Shown: one piece after another, positions 28,459-38,433 of the stretch
Layout: every line of letters starts with the position of its first letter
Position numbering within the stretch: position 1 is the first letter of the stretch
Assembly: GCA_001773215.1 (NCBI GenBank)
Contig: MEWB01000001.1
Location: forward strand, 742,099-806,098
DNA: 64,000 nt
Reading direction: 5' to 3'
Source: a candidate division WWE3 bacterium RIFOXYC1_FULL_40_10
Lineage (GTDB): Bacteria; Patescibacteriota; WWE3; UBA101185; UBA10185
The notes under the pieces: model-generated
Database searches by the model: none
The model's input: the letters and a program-made list of their open reading frames with translations, nothing else
What the model was told of the DNA's origin: nothing
Made by a program: the position numbers and the translations under genes

Positions 28459-29235
28459 ATGCCCAGATTTAGACGTAAAACCTACATTAAAGATAATTCA
28501 TTTGACACAATTTACAGGTCGGTAAACTACCCATTCTTTCTACAGTCAAAGGTATTCTCAGGTATTCTGTTGGCTGCCGGGGTTCTTGTAATGTCCACTC
28601 AAGTCATCGTCCCTGTTATTATCTTTAAAACTCAGGATAATATATCGAAACCTGCAAATAGCAGTTTACTGGGGTGGGCAGCGGGATTCGGGGATTTCTC
28701 TTTTACTGAATTAAAGTCCGCTTCCCCCTATAAGTTGGCAAAACAGGTAAAGGGAACCAATACAACAATACTGCCTGAAAAGGAAAGCCTTACAGTACTA
28801 AATAACAGCATATCCACATTAGATATTCCAAAGCTTGGTATAGCCAACGCGCAAATCGAAATAAATTCCCCAAACCTGAGCCCTGATAATTTACTTGGAC
28901 ACTACCCCGGATCCGCCTTGCCGGGACAGGTTGGAAATTCTTTTATCTACGGACACTCAGTTCTGCCATGGTTCTATAATCCAAGAAATTATAAAACCAT
29001 ATTTTCCACCTTAGACAAACTAAAGCCAGGGGATACATTTACAATCACAAAAGGGACCGACGTTTACACATATAAGGTTTCTTATACCGAAGTTCAGAAA
29101 CCAAGCAATGTAAACCCACTAGCTGAGTTTAGACCAAAGGAGTTTAATGAAAGCACTATGACCCTTATGACATGCTGGCCGGCGGGAACAAAATCTAGCA
29201 GATTAATGGTACGTGCGGAGTTAATCGAATTGTAA
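28459..29235 (+). CDS. Sortase
   Basis: GHYPGSALPG, GNSFIYGHS, TLMTC, catalytic R (SRLMV); N-terminal TM. Confidence 0.92.
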   Translation: MPRFRRKTYIKDNSFDTIYRSVNYPFFLQSKVFSGILLAAGVLVMSTQVIVPVIIFKTQDNISKPANSSLLGWAAGFGDFSFTELKSASPYKLAKQVKGTNTTILPEKESLTVLNNSISTLDIPKLGIANAQIEINSPNLSPDNLLGHYPGSALPGQVGNSFIYGHSVLPWFYNPRNYKTIFSTLDKLKPGDTFTITKGTDVYTYKVSYTEVQKPSNVNPLAEFRPKEFNESTMTLMTCWPAGTKSSRLMVRAELIEL

Positions 29236-29239
29236 GAGG

Positions 29240-29776
29240 TTAAAATCTTCTGTATCTGGAAGTGTATCTCACATCTCTATTTAGATCTTCGATGATTCTT
29301 TGCTCAAAGTTGGTCATAGCCAAGCGGCGCGGATTTAGTTTATTCCAATAAAAGGCGATTCCAAAGATAAACACAGATAAAAGTAACCCAATCGTAACCT
29401 CCAATACTCCTCCGTCGGGAACTGATACTGTGGTTTGAGGAACGGGAACAGGGGGGAGACCGGTTTCCACAGTTGTTGTGGTTGTGTCAGTATCAGCTAA
29501 TACAGCAGGCACAGGTCTATACCTATTTGTTGGGATTGTGGTGGCAATAAGTTCCTTTTTTGCTAGCCCTCCAAAGGGGGAACTTTCAGTAACACCGGCC
29601 ACACTTGGCGCATTTTCTTTCTGGACAGTGCTTGACTCTGAAGTTAGTAATTCGGAATCCGATGTGTTTTCCGATCCGGTTAACAAATAGTAAATAACAC
29701 TAAAGACAATAAGAGATACAGATAAGGTGAGTACAAAAGTTTTAAATCCTTTTTTAGCTTGGTCAGTACTAGTCAT
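29240..29776 (-). CDS. Thr/Ser/Pro-rich surface protein with LPxTG-like (VPDGG) sorting signal
   Basis: N-terminal TM; C-terminal VPDGG, TM, then basic KLNPRR. Confidence 0.65.
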   Translation of the reverse strand: MTSTDQAKKGFKTFVLTLSVSLIVFSVIYYLLTGSENTSDSELLTSESSTVQKENAPSVAGVTESSPFGGLAKKELIATTIPTNRYRPVPAVLADTDTTTTTVETGLPPVPVPQTTVSVPDGGVLEVTIGLLLSVFIFGIAFYWNKLNPRRLAMTNFEQRIIEDLNRDVRYTSRYRRF

Positions 29777-29951
29777 AGGCAGGTTTGAACCTAGTTAGGT
29801 ATTCTATGTCAATGGTAACATTTATAGGTATGGAACTGTCAAGAACTTCCTTGGAAATGTATCCATCTTTGTTAAAGGAACGAAAGTCTGCGGAAAGCCA
29901 TAATAACAACCCTATTATCGACGCTATACTTGCAAATATAAGACTTTTCAT
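29769..29951 (-). CDS. Small membrane protein (possibly PilP-like remnant)
   Basis: N-terminal TM; follows the pilO-like gene. Confidence 0.5.
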   Translation of the reverse strand: MKSLIFASIASIIGLLLWLSADFRSFNKDGYISKEVLDSSIPINVTIDIEYLTRFKPAYD

Positions 29952-29956
29952 ACAAG

Positions 29957-30532
29957 TTACTCTTTAAATTCCTCCGGAACGAAATATATAGACACCTCCA
30001 AATTCACATCAGTTTTTCCATAATCCTCTCGAGCCGTTAGTTTATTTACAGTTGAAATCCGCTTCAGGTTTTCTATATTTTCAACCAGCACATTAAGTTC
30101 CCCGATCCCGTTTAATTGAAGCAAAATAGGTACTTCTCCCGGTCTTTCCGAAACCACCTCACCCGCGCTGATGTTTTTAATGTAAAAGCCCGATCGAGAA
30201 GTTGCGATAAATATTTCATGCAGATAAGACTCCAACTGGGGACTTGATGGCATTAAATTGTCAAAAGGTTTAAAAAACTCCTCGGAATTATTAATAATAT
30301 TGCTTGTCTTTTTTAGCTCTATCAAATTCTTTTCCAGTTGAATAGAAATTTCCTGAGTCTGGGTTATTAATTTTTGCTTCTCCGAAATAACTTTTATCAA
30401 GGGGTAAGCCCCGTAGACTATAAATATCAAAAAACCAGCTAGTGCCAGAGTTGAGTGAATGCTCGTTTTTACTCGGGTTAGTTGGAGGGTTCGCTTAAAT
30501 TCAGCTATTTGTGCATTTGGTTCGTAAGTCAT
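29957..30532 (-). CDS. Type IV pilus assembly PilO-like protein
   Basis: TM, coiled coil, MPSSPQ, C-terminal ENLKRISTV...VSIYF. Confidence 0.7.
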   Translation of the reverse strand: MTYEPNAQIAEFKRTLQLTRVKTSIHSTLALAGFLIFIVYGAYPLIKVISEKQKLITQTQEISIQLEKNLIELKKTSNIINNSEEFFKPFDNLMPSSPQLESYLHEIFIATSRSGFYIKNISAGEVVSERPGEVPILLQLNGIGELNVLVENIENLKRISTVNKLTAREDYGKTDVNLEVSIYFVPEEFKE

Positions 30533-31131
30533 TTTCCATTCTTTCTAAACGTACCCTCCATCTCTAACTCGTAGCTCTTATTATCATTTCTTAGAGTTGC
30601 AGAGACTAGAGATAGCTGATCCACTTTTTGAGTATCAAGGTAATAATTAACGGCGTTTGCAAAATGGAGTGCAGTGGGACCAACAAATTTAATTGTAAAC
30701 CCGTCTTTAGTCAGCACCACTGACAAAACTACTATATCCAAATCAGTAATACCCATTGCAGTATCTATGCTGGAACTTATTTTCTCTTGAGATTGCAAAA
30801 TTCTTTTGTAAACGGTGATTTTATCCCCTATTACTCGTGCCTTCGCCTCGTATTGGGAATAGGGGGATAACTCTTGAAAATTCTCATTCATAGTTTTAAC
30901 TGAAAATTGCAGTCGGGAATCTACCGATTTCTCATACAAAAATAAAACAATGAACACAATAGCCATAACTCCGATAGCTATCCGATAAAAGGTTAACAAT
31001 TTTTCAAATTTGGGAGATGCAAAAGAAGAAGATGGGAAACTTAACAGATCTACACCTGGCACCACTTCTTCCCGCTGAGGAGATAGCCTATTTTTTAATA
31101 GGTTTAATAAGGGCAGAAATTTTTGAAGCAT
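30529..31131 (-). CDS. Type IV pilus assembly PilN-like protein
   Basis: VDLL near the N-terminus, TM, coiled coil, ferredoxin-like C-terminus; adjacent to the pilO-like gene. Confidence 0.55.
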   Translation of the reverse strand: MLQKFLPLLNLLKNRLSPQREEVVPGVDLLSFPSSSFASPKFEKLLTFYRIAIGVMAIVFIVLFLYEKSVDSRLQFSVKTMNENFQELSPYSQYEAKARVIGDKITVYKRILQSQEKISSSIDTAMGITDLDIVVLSVVLTKDGFTIKFVGPTALHFANAVNYYLDTQKVDQLSLVSATLRNDNKSYELEMEGTFRKNGK

Positions 31132-31369
31132 ACTTAGATTTTAGCCTATTTGCCCTATTAATATGAAGCACTTTCTCTTTAGATGCTTTATCTAACACTT
31201 TTTGCGCAACAACAAGCTTTTCGGTTAGTACTTTAATGTCTTCTTTATCTTTTAAACCCTGCTCAATATTTTTTAAGCTGTTTTTTATTCTCCTTTTCCA
31301 AAAAAGATTATGTGACTCCTTTTTTGCGGAGCTTCTTACTGCCTTTTTAGCTGATAAAGTATTTGCCAT
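31088..31369 (-). CDS. rpsT: 30S ribosomal protein S20
   Basis: MANTLSAKKAVR...LDKASKEKVLHINRANRLKSK. Confidence 0.93.
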   Translation of the reverse strand: MANTLSAKKAVRSSAKKESHNLFWKRRIKNSLKNIEQGLKDKEDIKVLTEKLVVAQKVLDKASKEKVLHINRANRLKSKYASKISALIKPIKK

Positions 31370-31438
31370 AACGGGTCGTATCATAGCATACCAAAAGAAT
31401 AATGGGAAGAGAACCATAAATCCTGTACAATGGGCAGC

Positions 31439-33088
31439 ATGGAATTAATCAGTTCGCTTAGAAAATTCGGTACTAATTCGTTCTTATATCGCTCCCAAAA
31501 TACAATATTGTCTGCCGCCTTTATATTGGCAATAGCCAGCGGAGCTAATGCTGTTTTGGGACTAATCAAAAACCGTCTGCTGGCGGGGTACTTTGGAATT
31601 TCCCCCGAACTAACGGTTTTCTTCACAGCAGAAAAGATTCCAAACATGATTTATGCCATATTAGTGGTAGGTGCAATTTCAACCATTTTAATACCCGTTT
31701 TATCCGGGGATTTAGAAAAAAATAAAGAAAAAGCCTACGAATCCGCTTCAGTTGTTATAACAGGAATATTTTTCGTTTTTTTGATAATGGCTACTATATT
31801 TTTTATCCTCGCACCACAAATAATTAATTTGCTATCAGTGGGCAAGTTCAGCGGTTACGAAAACCATTTAGGGACGACATTATTCAGACTAATGGTAGGG
31901 GCTCAATTAATTCTAATAGCAGGAAGCATGGTTTCAAGCCTTTTACAATCACATAAAAAGTTTATTTTCCCCGCTCTGGCTCCGCTTCTGTACAACGTGG
32001 GCATGATCTTAGGCATTATAATTTTCTCAAACAAGCTGGGAATATTCGGGCCTGCTTTTGGTGTGCTTATCGGAGCGGTATTGCATCTTTCCATTCAATT
32101 GCCCGCTTTAGCCCAAACCGGCTTCAAGTTTAAACCAAGTCTTAATCTAAAAAACAAAACAATGATAAAAACTTTAGGACTCATTCCACCACGTATTATA
32201 AGTGTACTAACAGCAAATATCGCCGGAACAATCGATAATAGTTTTGCTATTCTTATTTCCGATCCTTCATCCATTATCCTAAGGTTTGCCAATCAACTTC
32301 AATCATTTCCCGTAAACATTTTTGGAATTTCTCTGGCTTCTGCCAGTCTACCAACACTTGCCGCAGAATGTTCATCTGAAGACAGAGACAAGTTCAAGAA
32401 AACTTTCATCACATCTCTAACTCAAATGGTGTTTTTAACGGCGCCTTTAAGTGCAATTTTGCTTGTTTTGAGAGTACCTGCAGTACGTTTAGTTTACGGT
32501 ACCCCTGAATTCCCTTGGTGGGCCACCGTAACTACAGCTTACACATTAGCCTTTTATAGCCTCTCTATAGTTCCCCAGAGTGTAAACTATTTAATTACGC
32601 GCGCCTTCTATGCTCAAAAAGACACATTAACACCGGCAATTGTTCATGTTGCAACAACACTGATATATATTGGCCTAACAGCCACACTAATCCTCAGGGC
32701 GAAATACGAAGTTTGGGTTATCGCTTTCACTTTCTCTGTAACCTCTTATTTGGATACTTTTTTGCTTTTCTATCTGTTAAACAGAAAAGTTAAAGGGTTT
32801 GATATCGAGAGAATATCTTCATCGCTAACCAAAATCGGCTATTCCACTTTACTTATGGGATTAGCCCTGTATATTCCTATTAAGCTCTTGGATCAGGTAA
32901 TATTCGATACCGCAAAAACCATCAATTTGCTTATGCTAACAGGAATTGCAGGGCTTTTTGGGATGCTAACCTACCTCCTTCTAACCAAGTTCTTTAATGT
33001 TCAGGAGATTGAACTTTTGTATAAAGTGATGAGAAAACTTAAATTCAAAACCGAACAATTGCCCCAAGACATCAAGCCTACAGAGTAG
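31439..33088 (+). CDS. murJ: Lipid II flippase MurJ
   Basis: Multi-TM; LLAGYFG, APLLYN, FPVNIFG, RAFYAQKDTLTP. Confidence 0.92.
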   Translation: MELISSLRKFGTNSFLYRSQNTILSAAFILAIASGANAVLGLIKNRLLAGYFGISPELTVFFTAEKIPNMIYAILVVGAISTILIPVLSGDLEKNKEKAYESASVVITGIFFVFLIMATIFFILAPQIINLLSVGKFSGYENHLGTTLFRLMVGAQLILIAGSMVSSLLQSHKKFIFPALAPLLYNVGMILGIIIFSNKLGIFGPAFGVLIGAVLHLSIQLPALAQTGFKFKPSLNLKNKTMIKTLGLIPPRIISVLTANIAGTIDNSFAILISDPSSIILRFANQLQSFPVNIFGISLASASLPTLAAECSSEDRDKFKKTFITSLTQMVFLTAPLSAILLVLRVPAVRLVYGTPEFPWWATVTTAYTLAFYSLSIVPQSVNYLITRAFYAQKDTLTPAIVHVATTLIYIGLTATLILRAKYEVWVIAFTFSVTSYLDTFLLFYLLNRKVKGFDIERISSSLTKIGYSTLLMGLALYIPIKLLDQVIFDTAKTINLLMLTGIAGLFGMLTYLLLTKFFNVQEIELLYKVMRKLKFKTEQLPQDIKPTE

Positions 33089-33090
33089 CT

Positions 33091-34881
33091 ATGAACCAAC
33101 AAAATATTAGAAATTTTTGCATAATTGCCCATATCGACCACGGGAAATCTACGTTGGCAGATAGATTTTTGGGGATCACAAATACAATCGATAAAAGAAA
33201 ACTCATCGCCCAAACTTTGGACTCTATGGATTTAGAAAAAGAAAAAGGAATAACAATTAAACTTAAGTCTATAAGAATGCTCTACACATTGGATAACACG
33301 GATTATGAGTTAAATTTAATTGATACACCGGGTCATGTAGATTTTTCTTACGAAGTATCCCGCTCCTTGGCGGCATGCGAAGGCGCAATTTTAGTAGTTG
33401 ACGCGACTCAAGGTATCCAGGCCCAAACCGTGAGCAATGTTTTTAAAGCTATGGATGCCAACCTAAAGATTATTCCAGTTTTAAACAAAATCGATCTTAC
33501 CAATGCTCAAGTGGAAAAAGTTACGGGCGACTTATGCCAATCATTTGGATTTAAAGCAGATGAAATCCTTAAAGTATCGGCAAAAACAGGAGAAGGTGCC
33601 AAACAACTGTTGGAACAGGTAATTAAGCTTGTACCACCACCAATCAAAAACACCTCGACCGACCTAAGAGCTTTAGTTTTTGATTCATACTACGATGAAC
33701 ACTTAGGCGTTATTGCATTAGTAAAAATAGTTGATGGCCGAGTAGATGAAGGAAAAACCCAGCTAAAGCTTATAGCTTCTGGGGGCACCTTTTATCCTGA
33801 GGAGGTTGGCTACCTCCAGCTAAAGAGGATGAGCTCCGGAAAACTAGAAACAGGTGAAGTCGGCTATATTGCCACGGGGTTAAAGGATATAAAAAAGGTC
33901 AAGTCTGGTGACACCATTACACAGAGCAGCTCTAGCGCTAGACCTCTCCCTGGGTATAAGGAGATCAAGCCATTCGTTTTTGTATCTATATACCCCACTG
34001 ATAATGGTCAATATCCACATTTGAGAGATGCCCTGGAAAAGCTTTCTCTGTCTGATTCCTCGTTAAGCTTTGAACCTGAAACTAACACGGCTCTGGGTTT
34101 TGGGTTTAGATGCGGGTTTTTAGGACTCTTGCATGCTGACGTTGTTCAGGAAAGACTTGAACGGGAATACAATCTGAACTTGATTTCTACTACTCCAACG
34201 GTTGAGTACTATGTGGTTTTAACCAACGGTGAAAGGGTAAATGTTAGAACTCCTTCACAGTTTCCCGATAGGTCGAGAATAGATCATGTTCTGGAACCAT
34301 GGATCCTAACTAATATTGTTACTCCATCAGAATACGTGGGCAACATTATTAAACTCTGCGAAGAGCGAAGGGGTGTTTTAAGAAAAATGGATTATCCTAA
34401 CGAATCCCAAACTGTATTTGAATATGAATTACCCCTGGCCGAACTGGTGTTTAATTTTTTTGATGATTTAAAAAGTTGCTCATCGGGATTTGCCAGTTTA
34501 GATTATGAATTTTTGGACTACCGTGAGGTAGACGCGGTAAAAATGGATATTTTAGTACATGAATCTGTGGTGGACCCGCTTTCGCATGTAATTTTAAGGG
34601 CGAAAGCCGAGGAAATGGGTAGAATACTGCTTAAAAAGCTTAAAGAAATAATCCCCCGCCAACAATTTAAAGTTTCACTACAAGCGGCAATAGGCGGGAA
34701 AATAATCGCCCGAGAAGATATACCGGCGGCAGGGAAAAACGTGCTGGCAAAGTTATCAGGCGGCCACAGAGAAAGAAAAGACAAGGTGTTAGAGCGCCAA
34801 AAAAAGGGAAAAGAACGCATGAAACGGATCGGAAAGGTGGATATTCCCCAGGAGGCGTTTAGACAGATTTTGAGTTCGTAA
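33091..34881 (+). CDS. lepA: Elongation factor 4
   Basis: IRNFCIIAHIDHGKSTLAD, DTPGHVDF, GFRCGFLGLLH, QKKGKERMK. Confidence 0.98.
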   Translation: MNQQNIRNFCIIAHIDHGKSTLADRFLGITNTIDKRKLIAQTLDSMDLEKEKGITIKLKSIRMLYTLDNTDYELNLIDTPGHVDFSYEVSRSLAACEGAILVVDATQGIQAQTVSNVFKAMDANLKIIPVLNKIDLTNAQVEKVTGDLCQSFGFKADEILKVSAKTGEGAKQLLEQVIKLVPPPIKNTSTDLRALVFDSYYDEHLGVIALVKIVDGRVDEGKTQLKLIASGGTFYPEEVGYLQLKRMSSGKLETGEVGYIATGLKDIKKVKSGDTITQSSSSARPLPGYKEIKPFVFVSIYPTDNGQYPHLRDALEKLSLSDSSLSFEPETNTALGFGFRCGFLGLLHADVVQERLEREYNLNLISTTPTVEYYVVLTNGERVNVRTPSQFPDRSRIDHVLEPWILTNIVTPSEYVGNIIKLCEERRGVLRKMDYPNESQTVFEYELPLAELVFNFFDDLKSCSSGFASLDYEFLDYREVDAVKMDILVHESVVDPLSHVILRAKAEEMGRILLKKLKEIIPRQQFKVSLQAAIGGKIIAREDIPAAGKNVLAKLSGGHRERKDKVLERQKKGKERMKRIGKVDIPQEAFRQILSS

Positions 34882-34919
34882 ATAGAACACTTCTTAGATA
34901 AATCCTTTATAATTAACTT

Positions 34920-37900
34920 GTGAAAAATTTATTTCTGACCTTTCTAATTAGTATATTTTCTGTTGCATTTTTTTTCACTTGTACAAATATTACTTGGGCT
35001 GCACCTTCGTTAACTTCAGTGGGTACTATTTCATCAGGGCGCACGTATTTTGGCTTTCCAACAGAGATTGGTGATGTAAACGGAGATGGGTATGATGATA
35101 TCGTCGCTAGTGACTACAATTTTTCTACCGCCGGAATGGTGAATATTTATTATGGGGGAACCTCCTTTAATAATACCCTTGATGCTTCAATTCTAGGAGA
35201 AGAAAGCTCTAATTACTTCGGGTTCGCGGAATCCGCAGCTATCTCACTAAAGGATATCACTAACGACGGTAAATCGGAACTTCTGGCGGGTGCCTGGGGT
35301 TATTCGTCTTCTAATGGACGTTTTTATGCCTTTAACAATAAAGATTTCGTACCAGGACTTTCGGCAAACACGGCTGAATTACAAGCTACAGGAAATGGTA
35401 CGGACCGATATTATTTTGGGATGGGTATTGGTGCGGGAGATTTTGATGGGGATGGTGATAATGACATAGTTATTGCCGCACCTACTTCGGTTGCAAATCA
35501 AGGTGCTATTCAGCTGTTCCAAAATAACAACGGTGTTATTGATTTTGATAACCGGTGGGGTTTCACAACAGTCACCAATGTGAGATTAATGGGGTATATG
35601 AATGGAGTCAAGATAGGTGATTTTAACGGTGATGGTAGAGACGATATATTGACCGGAGATAACTACTCTTATGCGGGTTACATCGGAAAGGATTTAGATA
35701 TATTTCTCAGCGTAGGCGATGGCTCCTTAACCGAAGTTAACTTCTCAACAGCCGCTGCCGGGGATTACTTTGGCAGAGCTGGTACTTTTCACACGGGAGA
35801 CATTAATAACGACGGCAAGGACGATTTTTGCGCGGGCGCCTATTTGTATAATTCATACGCCGGTAGAATTACCTGTTGGTATGGTAGGGAAACATTTCTT
35901 TCCTCCTACGCTTACAACACAGCAGATGTGTTTATCAACGGAGGGGCTGCTAATGATTCTTTCGGCCGAGCTGTTGATATTGCAGATGTAAATAACGACG
36001 GTTATCCGGATCTTATGGTAGGTGCCTATCAAGCCTACGCCCCAGCCGGTTCAACACACGGTAAGGCTTATGTCTACAAAAACACCGGCACCGGTTCCGG
36101 TATAGATACAAGCTCCCCATGGATTTCAGAAATTAAAACCTCGGGCAATGCATATTTTGGCAGCGATATTAACTCGGGGGATATTGATGCTGACGGCTGG
36201 AAAGATATAGCAGTTTTGCAAGGCAACGGAGCCAGCGTACTAAATATGTACGAGATGTCACATGGGTCACCTTCAATTACCTTTATCAGTACAACAACAG
36301 GCGGAAACCTTGTTGGAACCTCCTCCGACAGCGATGCAAGTTACACACTAGCCGGAGTTGGATGGAGCACCTCAAACACATTACCCGGAACGTGGACTGC
36401 CTGTACTGCTAATGACAGTACTTTTGACGAATCAACCGAAGCCTTTACATGTGATCTATCTGCGTATGCAAACGGAACATATTCACTGTATTTTAGAAGT
36501 TACGACCAAAACTCCGTATATATGTCGACCCAGCTTTACGCAAGTGACTCAATAACAGTAGATAAGAATCCACCCAATGTATTATCGCTTAGTCCGGCTT
36601 CTGCCGGAATTATATCCACAGCTACTCCAACCCTTACCGGTACATTAAACAAAACTGGAGATTGCCGCGCCAGTACTACCGACGAAAGTTACGATAACAT
36701 GAGTGATAATGTTGACTGTACCGGCGATGGAACTGTAAGTGCAAGCTGCGCGATTCCCGCCTTGGGTTTAGATGGCTCGAAAACCTTGTACATTTCTTGT
36801 CAGGATGATTCCGGTTATAAAGACTCCACTGCAACAAACGAGGAAATTATATATACACTAGATACACTTGCACCATCAATAATCATGGATAGCCTTACGA
36901 CCCCCACAAGTGACGCAACTACCTCCTTCACGGGCACCGCAAATGACGTAACAAGCCCTATCCAAACGGTTGAGTATCAAGTGGATACTACATCAGGAAG
37001 TTGGATAGCGTGTACTGCCTATGACAGTACCTTTGACGAAGCTTCTGAAACTGTCACCTGTACAATTTCACCGGCACTAAGCGATGGGATACATACAATT
37101 TATTTTCGAGCTCAAGACGACGCAGGGCACTACGTTGTAGTATCAAACTACGGCGAGGAACAAATCACCATCGATACTATAGCCCCAACACCCGATTCAA
37201 CCCGGCAAAAAATAGGAACCAAGGACGAGCCAAAACAGTTAAAAGGCATTGGAACTGAGGTTATAAAAAAGAACTCCAAGAAATTCAAATTGTATTTTGA
37301 TCTAAAAGATGCGACTTCATCCATAGAGCATTACATAATTTCCCAGAACAGAGACTTTGAGGACTCAAGCTGGAAAGCTTTCGATGGAGATGCGAGCGTT
37401 GAATTCAAGGCCGACGGCAAAAAACAGCTTTACATAAGATTTAAAGATGCGGCCGGCAATATATCCGATACGTTCGAACAAACTATCCAGATAGACACCC
37501 AACCGCCGGAACTACAAGTAACTAAAATAGGCACTTTCGAACCGGATTTTACAGAACACAAAAACTATTTTTACTCAGAGAATTTAGTGAGAATAGCTGG
37601 AACTGTTGAAAAAGATGCAGATTTGCGAGTTTACGTGAACAACGGATTAATTGAGGACATTCAAGATATAAATGAGCTCGGAAATTGGGAGGTTACACAC
37701 GATTTTAACTTTGGAAAAAGTGAAGTGCGTTTTGAGGCTGAAGATGACTTTAAAAATATTACCAAGCTCGAATTTAACTTAACAATCGATTCTATAGCCC
37801 AAACTACCCAGCAAGCATTAGGAACTTTTACCCAAATGGTTGAACCTTCACTTCAACCTGAAGAACTAGAACCAGCGGGGGACACTGTGGAAATAAAAAC

Positions 37901-37985
37901 TGAGGTACAGGGAACTGCCACAGCGACACCAGTAAAAAAGACCTTCTGGCAGAATATTTTAGGCTGGTTTGGCATCAAATATTAG
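34920..37985 (+). CDS. Secreted/surface FG-GAP beta-propeller protein with Ig-like stalk domains
   Basis: Signal peptide; repeated GD(V/F/I)NGDGxDD and YFG motifs; DTxAP-delimited Ig-like domains; C-terminal FWQNILGWFG. Confidence 0.85.
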   Translation: MKNLFLTFLISIFSVAFFFTCTNITWAAPSLTSVGTISSGRTYFGFPTEIGDVNGDGYDDIVASDYNFSTAGMVNIYYGGTSFNNTLDASILGEESSNYFGFAESAAISLKDITNDGKSELLAGAWGYSSSNGRFYAFNNKDFVPGLSANTAELQATGNGTDRYYFGMGIGAGDFDGDGDNDIVIAAPTSVANQGAIQLFQNNNGVIDFDNRWGFTTVTNVRLMGYMNGVKIGDFNGDGRDDILTGDNYSYAGYIGKDLDIFLSVGDGSLTEVNFSTAAAGDYFGRAGTFHTGDINNDGKDDFCAGAYLYNSYAGRITCWYGRETFLSSYAYNTADVFINGGAANDSFGRAVDIADVNNDGYPDLMVGAYQAYAPAGSTHGKAYVYKNTGTGSGIDTSSPWISEIKTSGNAYFGSDINSGDIDADGWKDIAVLQGNGASVLNMYEMSHGSPSITFISTTTGGNLVGTSSDSDASYTLAGVGWSTSNTLPGTWTACTANDSTFDESTEAFTCDLSAYANGTYSLYFRSYDQNSVYMSTQLYASDSITVDKNPPNVLSLSPASAGIISTATPTLTGTLNKTGDCRASTTDESYDNMSDNVDCTGDGTVSASCAIPALGLDGSKTLYISCQDDSGYKDSTATNEEIIYTLDTLAPSIIMDSLTTPTSDATTSFTGTANDVTSPIQTVEYQVDTTSGSWIACTAYDSTFDEASETVTCTISPALSDGIHTIYFRAQDDAGHYVVVSNYGEEQITIDTIAPTPDSTRQKIGTKDEPKQLKGIGTEVIKKNSKKFKLYFDLKDATSSIEHYIISQNRDFEDSSWKAFDGDASVEFKADGKKQLYIRFKDAAGNISDTFEQTIQIDTQPPELQVTKIGTFEPDFTEHKNYFYSENLVRIAGTVEKDADLRVYVNNGLIEDIQDINELGNWEVTHDFNFGKSEVRFEAEDDFKNITKLEFNLTIDSIAQTTQQALGTFTQMVEPSLQPEELEPAGDTVEIKTEVQGTATATPVKKTFWQNILGWFGIKY

Positions 37986-38037
37986 TATGAAACCCTGCGA
38001 AAGGATGGACCTAACTACTGGGTGAGATCCTCTTCCC

Positions 38038-38064
38038 CTTGCACTCTCGAGCTTATAGTGCTAT
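38038..38064 (+). promoter_or_regulatory. CIRCE (HrcA operator) overlapping the groES promoter
   Basis: CTTGCACTC-N9-TAGTGCTAT versus consensus TTAGCACTC-N9-GAGTGCTAA; hrcA is present in the window. Confidence 0.75.
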
Positions 38065-38124
38065 AAATTTGTATGTGTTGACTAACTAAGTCACCCGGTT
38101 ATTAATTTAAGAAACTAAATTTCT

Positions 38125-38430
38125 ATGATCACACTAAACAAAATTAAACCTCTAGCAGACAACGTTCTCATAGAACCACTGCAAAAGGAAACCACTACCC
38201 CATCAGGGATATTTATTCCAGACACTGTAAATAAAGAAAAGCCTCAAGAAGGCAAAATTGTTGCCGCAGGACCCGGAAGAAAAGATGAAGATGGCAAATT
38301 AATTGAAATGCAGGTAAAAGTCGGAAACGTAGTTATGTATAAAAAATGGGGCGGAACTGAAATTAAAGTAGAAGGAAAAGAAGTTTTACTGGTCAAAGAA
38401 GAGGATATTTTGGCCATAGTGGAGGAATAA
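38125..38430 (+). CDS. groES: Co-chaperonin GroES
   Basis: [26 protein letters not shown]. Confidence 0.98.
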   Translation: MITLNKIKPLADNVLIEPLQKETTTPSGIFIPDTVNKEKPQEGKIVAAGPGRKDEDGKLIEMQVKVGNVVMYKKWGGTEIKVEGKEVLLVKEEDILAIVEE

Positions 38431-38433
38431 ATC

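Noticed and set aside
37998-38035. REP-like imperfect palindrome (AGGATGGACCTA...TGGGTGAGATCCT), with a weak look-alike near 18668-18712
   Set aside because: Only one or two degenerate copies and no associated transposase. Could simply be the end-of-gene hairpin.
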